From NCBI GenBank assembly GCA_041553195.1, contig JBFEJN010000004.1, positions 3,036-67,035 of the forward strand: a stretch of DNA of 64,000 nucleotides, written 5' to 3'. The position numbers were made by a program, and so were the translations under genes. The stretch is from Sulfurimonadaceae bacterium (GTDB lineage Bacteria; Campylobacterota; Campylobacteria; Campylobacterales; Sulfurimonadaceae). This document shows positions 47,029 to 56,943 of the stretch, in pieces. Positions within the stretch are counted from its first letter, which is position 1. Every line of letters starts with the position of its first letter. The notes beneath the pieces were generated by a model. The model saw nothing but the letters and a program-made list of their open reading frames with translations. It searched no databases and was not told where the DNA came from.

Positions 47029-47847
47029 ATGCGTCATCTAACCAGTCTGTTTTCACAAGGGTTCGGCAAGTTTGCCAATACGCACTTCCCAAAACCGGTT
47101 CAGGATCTTGTTAACAAGGGATATGTAAACTTGATGGGACTTGATATGAGTGAGTTCCGCGATCCGACGACATACGAGACACTTAATGCACTGTTTACCC
47201 GTTATTTGGAGATGCCGCGTCCATTTTCTGATGATCCGAAAGATTTCATTTCGCCATGTGATTCATTGATCACAGAGTGTGGCCGTATTCATGAAGATAT
47301 CGCCATGCAGATCAAAGGCATGTATTACAATGTCAATGACTTCTTGGGCAATGAGATTTCGGATGAAAACAAGGCCAAGCTGACGGACGGTGAATACATC
47401 AACTGTTACCTGTCACCGAAAGATTATCACCGTTATCATATTCCGTGCGACTTGACAGTCAAAAAGGCAGTCCATATTCCAGGGAAACTATACCCTGTCA
47501 ACCTCCCTTATTTAAAGAAACAGCCGAACCTTTTTATTGAGAATGAACGTGTTGTGCTCGAATGCGAATCGGGTGAAGGAAAACTTTTCTATCTGGTATT
47601 GGTCGGTGCACTGAACGTAGGTGTGATGCAGGTGTCGTTTGAATCCGCTATCAAGACCAATGCGTCAACTACAGATGTTACTGTCTATGTGTATGAAGAT
47701 GGAATAGAACTTTCCAAAGGTGATGATTTGGGCTGTTTTGAGATGGGTTCAACAATTATTATTTTAACTGAGCCCGGGATGCTTGAGCCAACTGTTAATG
47801 CAGGTGATAAAGTCTCTTATGCACAGACGATTGCAAGGTGTAGGTAA
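47029..47847 (+). CDS. psd: Phosphatidylserine decarboxylase
   Basis: SPCD, YLSPKDYHRYH, ENER, VGALNVG, FEMGST self-cleavage motif. Confidence 0.93.
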   Translation: MRHLTSLFSQGFGKFANTHFPKPVQDLVNKGYVNLMGLDMSEFRDPTTYETLNALFTRYLEMPRPFSDDPKDFISPCDSLITECGRIHEDIAMQIKGMYYNVNDFLGNEISDENKAKLTDGEYINCYLSPKDYHRYHIPCDLTVKKAVHIPGKLYPVNLPYLKKQPNLFIENERVVLECESGEGKLFYLVLVGALNVGVMQVSFESAIKTNASTTDVTVYVYEDGIELSKGDDLGCFEMGSTIIILTEPGMLEPTVNAGDKVSYAQTIARCR

Positions 47848-47907
47848 CCTACTGCTTGTACTTTGAGGCGTGTGACATTGTCACCTCTCGCCAGTGTCAC
47901 TTCTGAA

Positions 47908-48507
47908 CTATCTGTTTTTAACTTCCATTTTTGCCATTAACTTCCCGCCTTCTTCATAAATATCCATTCTGGTGTCGATAGGAAATTTTTGCTTGGCAAG
48001 TTCGTCTTGCACAGAGTGCAGTACCGCTGCAAAACGCTGGAACATCGGTACGATGACATAATCGATGTGATCTTGTTTGACTTGTGCAGCAAGTCGTTTG
48101 ACGGCACAACTGTACAGTTTCTCATTGGTCGCGTATTGAAGCCGATAGTCCTCCATCATCTGAATGTTTTTTAGTAAGGCTTCTCTTTCTGCAGTTGAAA
48201 TGGACTTGTTTTCTTTTGCCCGTTTGAGTTCATCGTCGATCATCTTTTTTTCAGCTTCAATTCCTTCTTGGATAGCTTGTTCCAAATCACTGCAATACTT
48301 TTTAAGCCCATCAACGATGTCACTGTCGCTAAGGCGACCACTGTTGACCGCATACTGGTAGGTCTTATTCTCAAAAGAGCTGTTGTCAAGTGCTTGTAAA
48401 AGTTGAACGGCTATATTAAGGTATGTATATCTGTCGTCATACTGGGAATCGAAACTGATACCCGTTTTGGAAATAAGTGGTTTTGGGCCTACATATTTAA
48501 TGTGCAT
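47908..48507 (-). CDS. Hypothetical protein
   Basis: 199 aa ORF from MHIKYVGPKP; helical and charged; divergent from the signalling pair. Confidence 0.7.
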   Translation of the reverse strand: MHIKYVGPKPLISKTGISFDSQYDDRYTYLNIAVQLLQALDNSSFENKTYQYAVNSGRLSDSDIVDGLKKYCSDLEQAIQEGIEAEKKMIDDELKRAKENKSISTAEREALLKNIQMMEDYRLQYATNEKLYSCAVKRLAAQVKQDHIDYVIVPMFQRFAAVLHSVQDELAKQKFPIDTRMDIYEEGGKLMAKMEVKNR

Positions 48508-48754
48508 TCTAAATACCTTATTTGAGAGTCTGAGACGATATAGTCTTGTATGGTACACTCGAGTTTGTTGTAGCTATTGTAGCATAAGAATATCTGATGC
48601 GAGAAACATATTGTGCTGTTTTAGTGCCGTTGTTGCGTATATAAACATCTTATCAACTTTGATTATATGATTTTATGCTACTCTGCTTATGATTGAAGCC
48701 TTGAGACAGATTGTTATCACCAAAGGCTTGATTAAATTATTTAAGGATACCGGT

Positions 48755-50455
48755 TTGAATCAAGGTCTAATACTTTTACTGACATTAATGTTGGGATCAT
48801 CTGCAACACTCTCGTCTGCTCCATTGGGTGCTCCTCCGCAGCTTAATGCGAACGCTCAGAACACTCCGAAACTCAAAGATGGACATCGCATTGTTGTAGA
48901 CAAGTTTACAAGTAGACAGGATGCAGATTTCCAGTTGAGTTCACTGTTGGATTTCATGGACAGTAACTCTAAACTCATTAACCTTGAGTTGGCGAACGGG
49001 TTTGATTATGCAGTTAAAGAAGACAATGGCCTGTTTGTAGTCAGCATCGAACCTTTTATCGATGAAGATGTCCTAAATGATGTGTTGTTGACGGTTAAAG
49101 AGCAGTATCCAAAAGCACAAGCAGAAGTGTGCATTGAATGTGTCAGAGAAGATCTACTTAAGAGTATTGTTCAGCAAAATGCAGAACAAGAGCAAGAATT
49201 GCTTGAAAATGCTATTGCTCTTGATGACAATAGCAGTCGCGTGGAAGTACGTGTTGAGGAAGATATCAATACAGAAGAGGTCATTGCAAATAAGAAAGCT
49301 GCTGATGTTGAAGTGTCTGCGTTCGTATTACCGTTTGACAAAGAGTACATTATGTATGGTGCCGGTGGGTTTGCGCTGTTGATCTTGATCTTTTTACTCG
49401 TGCGTAAACCGAAGAAAGCCTCGGATAAAGAGATGAGAGAGATGTATGCCGAGGCACAAAGACTGGAAAAAGAGATGAGCGGCGAGACTGAGGTAAACCC
49501 TGAATCAGCCTCAGAAGAGGCTGTCGCGGCTGTAAAAGAGATACAGCATAAAGCCGATGATACTGCTGCTCATGATGTTGCAATTGAGCAAGAAGCTGAA
49601 CCGGAAGCAGAAGTCACATCTGAACCAGCCGCAAAACCGCAGGCCAGAGGTGAACTGAACCACAAACTGCGCGAACCCAATAGCAGTATAGGGACGATCA
49701 CAAAAGAGAACTTTAAAGAGTTTGAAGGCTTACGTCTTCTTATCGCAGAAGACAACCTGATCAACCAAAAAGTGATTGTCGGTCTTTTAAAAGAGTCTGG
49801 TATCAATATCAAAATCGCAAATGACGGGCAGGAATGTCTTGAAATCCTGGCGGATGATCCGAATTATCCGATTATTTTGATGGATGCACATATGCCTCGC
49901 ATAGACGGTCTTGAAGCGACGCGACGTATTCGTGCAAATCCGGCGTATGATCATATCACTGTCATGGCTTTGAGCGGTGATACGGGAGCAGATGATATTC
50001 GAAAAATGCGTGAATGCGGTATGGAAGAGCAGTTGGAAAAGCCGCTTAAAGTCGCAGCACTTTATCAGGCACTGTACTGTTATTTTGACCCAGATATGCT
50101 TGGTGGACCTGCCGAAGATCTGCCTGAGATCCATCTGGATAACTCACTTGGTCTTGAGATGCTTGGCGGTGACCTTGAACTTTATCATGAGATCCTGGCT
50201 GAATTCCAGTCTCTTTATCATGACTCGGATGAGAAGATAGAATTGTGGCTTAAGCATGGCGATTATGATAAAGCAAAGGCATTGCTCTTGGATGTCAAAG
50301 GTATTGGTGAAAGTATTGGTACAGCTGAACTTACACAGACAGCTGACGAATTCAGAGAAGCCATTATTGCAAACCAAACCGAAAAATTCGGACAACTTCT
50401 TAAACTTTATCGTTCACAGTTACAATCTATCTTGGCAGATATTGCAGAGGTTTAG
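48755..50455 (+). CDS. Membrane response regulator: periplasmic SPOR-like domain, TM, acidic linker, REC, His-less Hpt-like domain
   Basis: TTG start with AAGGA RBS; LIAEDN...ILMDAHMP...KP receiver; Hpt helix reads LDVKG. Confidence 0.8.
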   Translation: MNQGLILLLTLMLGSSATLSSAPLGAPPQLNANAQNTPKLKDGHRIVVDKFTSRQDADFQLSSLLDFMDSNSKLINLELANGFDYAVKEDNGLFVVSIEPFIDEDVLNDVLLTVKEQYPKAQAEVCIECVREDLLKSIVQQNAEQEQELLENAIALDDNSSRVEVRVEEDINTEEVIANKKAADVEVSAFVLPFDKEYIMYGAGGFALLILIFLLVRKPKKASDKEMREMYAEAQRLEKEMSGETEVNPESASEEAVAAVKEIQHKADDTAAHDVAIEQEAEPEAEVTSEPAAKPQARGELNHKLREPNSSIGTITKENFKEFEGLRLLIAEDNLINQKVIVGLLKESGINIKIANDGQECLEILADDPNYPIILMDAHMPRIDGLEATRRIRANPAYDHITVMALSGDTGADDIRKMRECGMEEQLEKPLKVAALYQALYCYFDPDMLGGPAEDLPEIHLDNSLGLEMLGGDLELYHEILAEFQSLYHDSDEKIELWLKHGDYDKAKALLLDVKGIGESIGTAELTQTADEFREAIIANQTEKFGQLLKLYRSQLQSILADIAEV

Positions 50456-50488
50456 ACCTCTGTATACACTGCGCTTAGGCCAATATCA

Positions 50489-53134
50489 ATGAAATATTTT
50501 TTACCTTTTCTCATTACCGTATTATTATCACCCCTGTTTTCAGCAGACAATATCCTGCACAAAACTATTATTGTCGGTAGTTTCCTTGTGGAGAATGATG
50601 CTTTTGTCCAAAAAGAGGAATTTGAAGCCTGGGCCATGCGCTCAAAACGTATAGCAGCGTTAAAAGAGAAACATGCTTTTTATTTTGTGACCAGATCATC
50701 AGGACCGTATGTCGTTGTTGCATTGGAACCTGTCGACAGTGAAGCTGTGACCAACGAACTTTTTGAATTAATAAAGCCGGTTTATCATGATGCCTTTATT
50801 TCGAGAGTCCGTTCCAGCCAACTACTGTCAGCGTATGCCAAAGGTGAACTTCCAGAGCAAAACAACTCTTCGTCAAACGGAAGTAGTGTTACTGTTGGTA
50901 GCACTAAGAAAAAAAGTGTCGCAGTACCTGCCACAGCGGCTGATACAATGCTCCGTTCCAATGATGTCGCTTCTAAGACAGTAACTGTACCAACCGAAGC
51001 AGCACAAGCATCATGGTCATCAACGTCACTTTTCCTGTCTCTTGGTGTGATCGTCTTAGTAATGATTATCATCTATCTCCTCTTGCGTCAACGTAAAATC
51101 ACACAGTATCTTCATGATGTTGAAGAGAAGATCATTATCCTGAACAACTCTAATGAAGATTTAAACAGTGCCAATCTCAGCTATAAAGATTCGATCGTAG
51201 AACAAGAAGGACTCTTTAATGAGATGTCCGGAAAGTTGAAGTATCCGGCTCAGGATATTCTGGGAAAAGCTGATAAAATAGGTGACACCGATCTAAGCGA
51301 TAAACAGTCAATTGAACTGCGTAATATAAAGGACTCAGGACAGGTATTGTTCGCGATTGTAGATGATTTACTTGACTTTATGAAGATCCGTTCAAACAAA
51401 CTTGAAATCAATGTCAAAGCGTTCGACATCAATGAACTACTTGACATTATTGTGCGTTCTGTATTGGAACGTATTGAGAAAAAAGATGTCGAAGTGGTTT
51501 TTGATATTGAAAAAAATGTACCGCCAAGAATCATCGGGGATCCTATCCGTATCGGTCAGGTACTGACAAACCTGCTTGAAAACGGTATAAAGTTCACGAA
51601 TGCCGGTGAGGTAAAACTGCACGTCAAACAACTGAGTAAAAATGCCGACAGAATTCAGCTGATGTTTGAGGTGATCGATACCGGAGTCGGAATCTCTGAG
51701 TCAAAACTGGATGATATATTCACCCCGTTTTATCAGATTAAAAACACAAACAGTGCCGGTCTTGGACTTTCTATTTCCAAGGCCCTGGTTGAGATGATGG
51801 GCGGAGAGATTCTGATTTCTACTGAACTTAACAGAGGGTCTTCTTTTACCTTTGTCCTCGCACTGCAAGAAGTTGATTCAGATGAAAAACGCCACTATCG
51901 ATTGCCGGACAATGCCTATAAAAAACGCCGTATTCTGATTGTTGATTACCACGATAATGCAGCCAATGCGATGAAAAAACTTCTAGAATATTTCAATAAT
52001 GAAGTGGACATCTTTTCACAGTCAGAACTTGCGTCAATGGCACCGGACATTAGAGTTTATGATCTTGTTTTTGTCTCGGAAAAACTGCTTTCCTTTGACC
52101 TTATCAAACAGATCTCACCGCTCAAAGAGAGCGGTGAGATCAAAGTGGTTATAGTTGGCAGTATGCTGCAAGGCAGCAAGAATACCAATGTTATTGAACG
52201 ACTGGCGGACAGTCGTATTATGAAACCGGTCAATCAACAGACCATCCTGGATCTGTTTGTTGACTTCTACGGGGATGAGGCCCTCGATGCCCTGCAACTT
52301 CCTGATAATACGCCTGTAACAGCATCTATGCCGCGTATTGTGATCGAACGTACGCAAAAACTTGATGTGAATAAAGATGATTTTGTTGTCTTCAGTGGTG
52401 CGCGCATTCTGTTAGCAGAAGACAATATTATTAATCAAAAAGTGATCAGTAGTCTTTTAAAAGACAGCGGTATTGAAGTTGAAATGGCGGAGGACGGAAA
52501 GGTCGCTGTGGCGATGGCACAGAGCATAGAGTATGATTTGATCTTAATGGACGTGAACATGCCGGTCATGAACGGTTATGAAGCAACCGAACGTCTGAAA
52601 GCATCGCCGGCAACATCGCACCTTCCTGTTGTGGCACTTTCCGGGAGCACGATGCCGGAAGAGATCGCATTGATGAAAGCTTCAGGGATGGATGACCGCT
52701 TGGAAAAACCGATCAAAATACCGGAACTTTTTTCAGTTTTCAGTAAGTATCTCAGCGTGCATCCTATTGCAGAAGAGAGCGTTGAAGAGTCCATTCCTGA
52801 CCAGTTTTATCAGTATGAAGAGGGCGTTGAGCGATGCGGAGGGGATGTTGCACTATACAGTGATCTGGTCGAAGAATTTATAACCATTTACCAAGATTCG
52901 GACAAGGCGCTTGAAAATCTCTATTTGCACAAGAATTCTCCAAAGCTCAAAGAGATGAGTCTTGATATTAAAGGTGTCAGTGCAAACATCGGTGCGTATG
53001 CCTTGGCAGTCGCTGCAAAGAAGATCAACCAGACAAGTCTTTCAAGCAAAAGCATGCCGACATTTATAGAGAGTTATAAAAAGACACTGCACAAGACTTT
53101 GAACGCACTGATGTCACAACGCAAGAGTGCCTAG
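50489..53134 (+). CDS. Hybrid sensor kinase-like protein: SPOR-like, TM, His-less HisKA, HATPase, degenerate REC, REC, His-less Hpt
   Basis: H-box reads MSGKLKYP; N box NLLENGIKF, G1 DTGVGI, G2 GLGLSI; REC DLILMDVNMP; Hpt helix reads LDIKG. Confidence 0.85.
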   Translation: MKYFLPFLITVLLSPLFSADNILHKTIIVGSFLVENDAFVQKEEFEAWAMRSKRIAALKEKHAFYFVTRSSGPYVVVALEPVDSEAVTNELFELIKPVYHDAFISRVRSSQLLSAYAKGELPEQNNSSSNGSSVTVGSTKKKSVAVPATAADTMLRSNDVASKTVTVPTEAAQASWSSTSLFLSLGVIVLVMIIIYLLLRQRKITQYLHDVEEKIIILNNSNEDLNSANLSYKDSIVEQEGLFNEMSGKLKYPAQDILGKADKIGDTDLSDKQSIELRNIKDSGQVLFAIVDDLLDFMKIRSNKLEINVKAFDINELLDIIVRSVLERIEKKDVEVVFDIEKNVPPRIIGDPIRIGQVLTNLLENGIKFTNAGEVKLHVKQLSKNADRIQLMFEVIDTGVGISESKLDDIFTPFYQIKNTNSAGLGLSISKALVEMMGGEILISTELNRGSSFTFVLALQEVDSDEKRHYRLPDNAYKKRRILIVDYHDNAANAMKKLLEYFNNEVDIFSQSELASMAPDIRVYDLVFVSEKLLSFDLIKQISPLKESGEIKVVIVGSMLQGSKNTNVIERLADSRIMKPVNQQTILDLFVDFYGDEALDALQLPDNTPVTASMPRIVIERTQKLDVNKDDFVVFSGARILLAEDNIINQKVISSLLKDSGIEVEMAEDGKVAVAMAQSIEYDLILMDVNMPVMNGYEATERLKASPATSHLPVVALSGSTMPEEIALMKASGMDDRLEKPIKIPELFSVFSKYLSVHPIAEESVEESIPDQFYQYEEGVERCGGDVALYSDLVEEFITIYQDSDKALENLYLHKNSPKLKEMSLDIKGVSANIGAYALAVAAKKINQTSLSSKSMPTFIESYKKTLHKTLNALMSQRKSA

Positions 53135-53347
53135 TTTCACAAGCTTTTCAGCTCTCTTTTTTTACAATACTTTATAACAAAGGATACAGTTGTTTATACG
53201 CTTTGTCCTGACCATTTTTCGAACAATATTTGTAAATTCATCATTTTGCATCTGTATAAGTGACCTTGGAGACAGAGAAGTTTAGCTGAGTGTTTACGCT
53301 ATGTTCGATGTATCTACTGTATAATCCAAATTAAAAAGTACCCTTCT

Positions 53348-53596
53348 ATGAGAATTGACAAATATTTAAATGCGGTCAACATCACGAAACGCCGCAGCGT
53401 AGCGCAGGACATGATCAACTCAGGTGTCGTCTCAATAAACGATAAAGTAGTCAAAGCCAGTAAGAATGTAGAGATCGGCAATATTATCACGATCGCGTAT
53501 TTGAAAGAACCAAAAAAGTATGAAGTCCTTGCAATACCGACAACCAAGTCGACCCCTAAAGCTGAGCAGGACAAATATATCAAGGAGTTGGCATGA
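53348..53596 (+). CDS. S4 domain RNA-binding protein (Hsp15/YabO-like)
   Basis: MRIDKYL....KRRSVA...KASK; TATAAT at 53320-53325. Confidence 0.88.
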   Translation: MRIDKYLNAVNITKRRSVAQDMINSGVVSINDKVVKASKNVEIGNIITIAYLKEPKKYEVLAIPTTKSTPKAEQDKYIKELA

Positions 53597-54579
53597 ATTA
53601 TGATGAAGCGTTTAGAGCCTTTACGGCACTCTTTAACCACGAGTTGAACGATGACGAGATGCGCAATTTTTTACTCTCGATGAAGCTGGACGAAAACACA
53701 CCCGTCGAAGCGCTGGCTGCAGCTGCCACTGTGATGCGTTCAAACGCCATAGCACTGCCTGTTGCAGAGCAGCTGCGTCCGCAACTGCTGGATGTGGTCG
53801 GAACAGGCGGCGATAAGATCGGCAGTTTCAATATCTCATCTACCGTGGCGCTTCTCTGTGCCTCTATGGGGTCGTACGTTGCCAAACACGGCAGCCGTTC
53901 TGTTACCTCAAAGTCGGGTAGTGCAGACATGTTTGAGTCTTTGGGTGTACGACTTGACCTTACGATCGAACAGAGCGCGCGGCTGCTCGAAGAGAGCGGC
54001 TTTACGTTCATGTTTGCACAGAACCATCACCCTGCCATGAAGTTTATTATGCCGGTACGTAAAAGTATCAGTGAGAAAACTATTTTTAATGTGCTGGGTC
54101 CTTTGACAAATCCGGCCGGGGTAGAGAAGATCATGCTGGGTGTTTTTGATAAGGCCTTTGTGCCAAAGATCGCGCAGGCGCTTCAGATCAACAGTGTTAA
54201 GTCGGCGATGGTCGTCAGTTCGAAAGAACGCATGGATGAGATCAGTATCTCCGACATCAGCTACGCTGCCCGTGTAACGGAAGCAGGCATTACAGAGTAT
54301 GAGATCGATCCTGCTGTGTTTGGGATTAAACGCCAGCCGCTCTCCGCGATTGTCGGCGGTGATGCGGATGAAAATGCGCAGATCCTGCACAATATCTTTA
54401 ACAACAGGGCCACGGATGCGCAGCGTGACATTGTCCTGATCAATGCTGCCAACGCTTTTATTGTCGATGGGAAAGCGCGCGATATTCAAGATGGTCTGGA
54501 GATAGCGAGAGAGGCCCTTTTAGGCGGAAAAGCAAAGGCCAAGCTGGAGCAGATCATTCAGGTGAGTCAAAAACTGTGA
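53593..54579 (+). CDS. trpD: Anthranilate phosphoribosyltransferase
   Basis: DVVGTGGD, FNISS, AKHGSR, FNVLGPLTNP, MDEIS. Confidence 0.95.
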   Translation: MNYDEAFRAFTALFNHELNDDEMRNFLLSMKLDENTPVEALAAAATVMRSNAIALPVAEQLRPQLLDVVGTGGDKIGSFNISSTVALLCASMGSYVAKHGSRSVTSKSGSADMFESLGVRLDLTIEQSARLLEESGFTFMFAQNHHPAMKFIMPVRKSISEKTIFNVLGPLTNPAGVEKIMLGVFDKAFVPKIAQALQINSVKSAMVVSSKERMDEISISDISYAARVTEAGITEYEIDPAVFGIKRQPLSAIVGGDADENAQILHNIFNNRATDAQRDIVLINAANAFIVDGKARDIQDGLEIAREALLGGKAKAKLEQIIQVSQKL

Positions 54580-54992
54580 GCGTATTAAAATGCTCGCTCG
54601 ATGAGTTGCATACTGTCTGCAAGGCTATTGTGGAGGCGCTCCCGGATGGCGGTGTGGTCATTTTACAAGGAACGCTTGCCAGCGGTAAAACAACATTGAC
54701 GCAGGCTTTTGCGAGGTACCTTGGATTGGATGAAGCCGTAACGTCACCGACTTTTTCCCTGCAACAGCGTTACGGTGACAAGCTCTACCATTACGATATT
54801 TACAATCAGGGGCTGGACCATTTTCTCTCTTTAGGTATGCTCGAAGAGTTGGAGCACGAGGGGTACCATCTCATTGAATGGGGTGATGAATCACTGGCCA
54901 AACTCCTGCAGAGTGCACAGATCGCAACGGTGACAGTCAAGATTGATAAAGCAGATGAAAACAGTAGAACATACAGGATCGAAAATGCATAA
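54576..54992 (+). CDS. tsaE: tRNA threonylcarbamoyladenosine biosynthesis ATPase
   Basis: GTLASGKTT, VTSPTF, HYDIY, LIEW. Confidence 0.92.
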   Translation: MSVLKCSLDELHTVCKAIVEALPDGGVVILQGTLASGKTTLTQAFARYLGLDEAVTSPTFSLQQRYGDKLYHYDIYNQGLDHFLSLGMLEELEHEGYHLIEWGDESLAKLLQSAQIATVTVKIDKADENSRTYRIENA

Positions 54993-55707
54993 ACTGATAG
55001 CAAACAATCTCGTTAAAACGATTAAAGGAACAGAGATCGTCCGCGGAATGTCGTTAGAAGTCAGCTCCGGCGAAGTGGTCGGACTGCTCGGACCGAACGG
55101 GGCCGGGAAGACTACCAGCTTTTATATGATCTGCGGGTTGGTCGAGATGACCAGCGGCGAAGTCATTCTCGATGGTGAAGACATCTCCCATATGCCGCTG
55201 CATCAACGAGCTGTCAAAGGCATCGGCTATCTTCCCCAGGAAGCGTCGATCTTTAAAGACCTGACGGTCGAAGAGAACCTGATGGTGGCGGCCCAGGTCA
55301 ACATCAAAGGCGAAAAAGCGCAGTATGAACGGATCCAGGAACTCTTGGACATGTTCAATATTGAGCCGATCCGTTACCGTAAAGGGATCTCGCTTTCAGG
55401 TGGGGAACGACGCCGTGCGGAGATTGCCCGTGCCCTTATAAACTCACCGCGATTTCTGTTGCTGGACGAACCGTTTGCCGGTGTCGATCCGCTTGCCGTC
55501 AGTGACATCCAGGAAGTTATCCATCAACTGGTGCAATACGATATCGGTGTCCTGATCACGGACCATAACGTGCGTGAAACTCTGGACGTTTGCGACAGAG
55601 CCTATGTCATCAAAAGCGGATCGCTTCTTGCTTCGGGTACCAGTGAAGAGATCGGACGCAATGTCGATGTCCGTAAACACTACCTGGGTGAATCGTTTAA
55701 ACTCTAA
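54985..55707 (+). CDS. lptB: LPS export ABC transporter ATP-binding protein
   Basis: GPNGAGKTT, YLPQEASIF, LSGGERRR, DEPFAGVDP, ITDHNVRET. Confidence 0.95.
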   Translation: MHKLIANNLVKTIKGTEIVRGMSLEVSSGEVVGLLGPNGAGKTTSFYMICGLVEMTSGEVILDGEDISHMPLHQRAVKGIGYLPQEASIFKDLTVEENLMVAAQVNIKGEKAQYERIQELLDMFNIEPIRYRKGISLSGGERRRAEIARALINSPRFLLLDEPFAGVDPLAVSDIQEVIHQLVQYDIGVLITDHNVRETLDVCDRAYVIKSGSLLASGTSEEIGRNVDVRKHYLGESFKL

Positions 55708-55716
55708 GTCTGCGCG

Positions 55717-56475
55717 ATGACAAAAAAACTTGAGGCGGTAAAGCGTCGTTTAGACGCCGAGGCTGCTCAACGAAACAGCCTCGATGAACTCCATCTCTCC
55801 CGTCCCGACCCGATTATGCCGGCACGTGAGTATGATGACGAATATATTGCTCTGCTTTGCGCACTGTTCGGTTACGGGCGGGCAGACAGTATTATCAGGT
55901 TTCTCTACTCTTTAGACTTTTCATTGTTAGATGCGTCAGAAGCACAGATAGAAAAAGAGTGCGCCTCCTTTTATTATCGATTCCAAAACGGTGACGACGT
56001 TGCAGAGATCTTTCGAACGCTGCGTCGATTGAAGCAAGAGGACTCTCTTGAAACGCTCTTTTTTGAGGGTTACAGAAAAGAGGAGGATGTACTTTCGGGT
56101 CTCAACAGTCTCATCTCTTCAATGCATAAAGTCAACCCGTATGAGAGCAGGGGATACCGCTTTTTGGTGGGGCAGGAAGTGACAAAGACAAAAGGCAACT
56201 CAGCGATGAAGCGCTGGATGATGTATCTGCGCTGGATGGTCAGAAAAGACAATATCGACATGGGGCTTTGGTTTAAAGTCGATAAAAAAGATCTTATTAT
56301 GCCGCTGGACACCCACACTTTCAATGTCTCCAAAAAGTTGGGTCTGCTCAAACGCAAGAACTATGATCTTGAAGCTGCTTTGGAGCTGACACAGACACTC
56401 AGGAACTTCGATGCGGCCGATCCTGTCAAATATGATTTTGCACTCTATAGGATAGGGCAGGAGAAAATGTTATAA
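55717..56475 (+). CDS. TIGR02757/DUF2400 family protein
   Basis: FGYG, KR.MMYLRWMVR, PLDTH, DPVKYDFAL. Confidence 0.88.
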   Translation: MTKKLEAVKRRLDAEAAQRNSLDELHLSRPDPIMPAREYDDEYIALLCALFGYGRADSIIRFLYSLDFSLLDASEAQIEKECASFYYRFQNGDDVAEIFRTLRRLKQEDSLETLFFEGYRKEEDVLSGLNSLISSMHKVNPYESRGYRFLVGQEVTKTKGNSAMKRWMMYLRWMVRKDNIDMGLWFKVDKKDLIMPLDTHTFNVSKKLGLLKRKNYDLEAALELTQTLRNFDAADPVKYDFALYRIGQEKML

Positions 56476-56476
56476 T
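56468..56476 (+). promoter_or_regulatory. Extended -10 promoter element
   Basis: TGTTATAAT (TGnTATAAT) ending 29 nt before the ATG at 56506. Confidence 0.5.
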
Positions 56477-56505
56477 CGCGAAATATAAACGCAAAAGGAT
56501 GCCAT

Positions 56506-56940
56506 ATGGAATGCGAATTTCCCACTATTAATGCCAATGACGCTCAGATGAAGACGATCTTGGAAAGTGTTAAGACCATTGCGGTTCTCGGTCTCTCTCC
56601 GGACGAGAGCAAAGACAGTAACATGGTCGCACGCTACCTTCAAAGTGTTGGCTACACGATCATTCCCGTTTACCCAAAAGTAGACCAGGACATCCTGGGT
56701 GAAAAAGTTTACACCTCTTTAGCAGAGATTCCGGGTCAGGTCGACATGATCAACATCTTTCGTAAACCCAATGCGCTCGATGCGATTGCCGATGCTGCAA
56801 TCGCTCGTGGTGATGTTAAAGTCTTCTGGTCCCAAAAAGGCATCGTCAACAACGCCGCTGCGCAAAAAGCAGAAGATGCAGGCATGCAAGTGGTCCAAAA
56901 CCACTGCTCTATGGTCGAACACCGAAAACTTTTAGGATAA
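56506..56940 (+). CDS. CoA-binding protein (YccU-like)
   Basis: IAVLGLS, IIPVYP, VDMINIFR, WSQKG. Confidence 0.88.
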   Translation: MECEFPTINANDAQMKTILESVKTIAVLGLSPDESKDSNMVARYLQSVGYTIIPVYPKVDQDILGEKVYTSLAEIPGQVDMINIFRKPNALDAIADAAIARGDVKVFWSQKGIVNNAAAQKAEDAGMQVVQNHCSMVEHRKLLG

Positions 56941-56943
56941 ATA

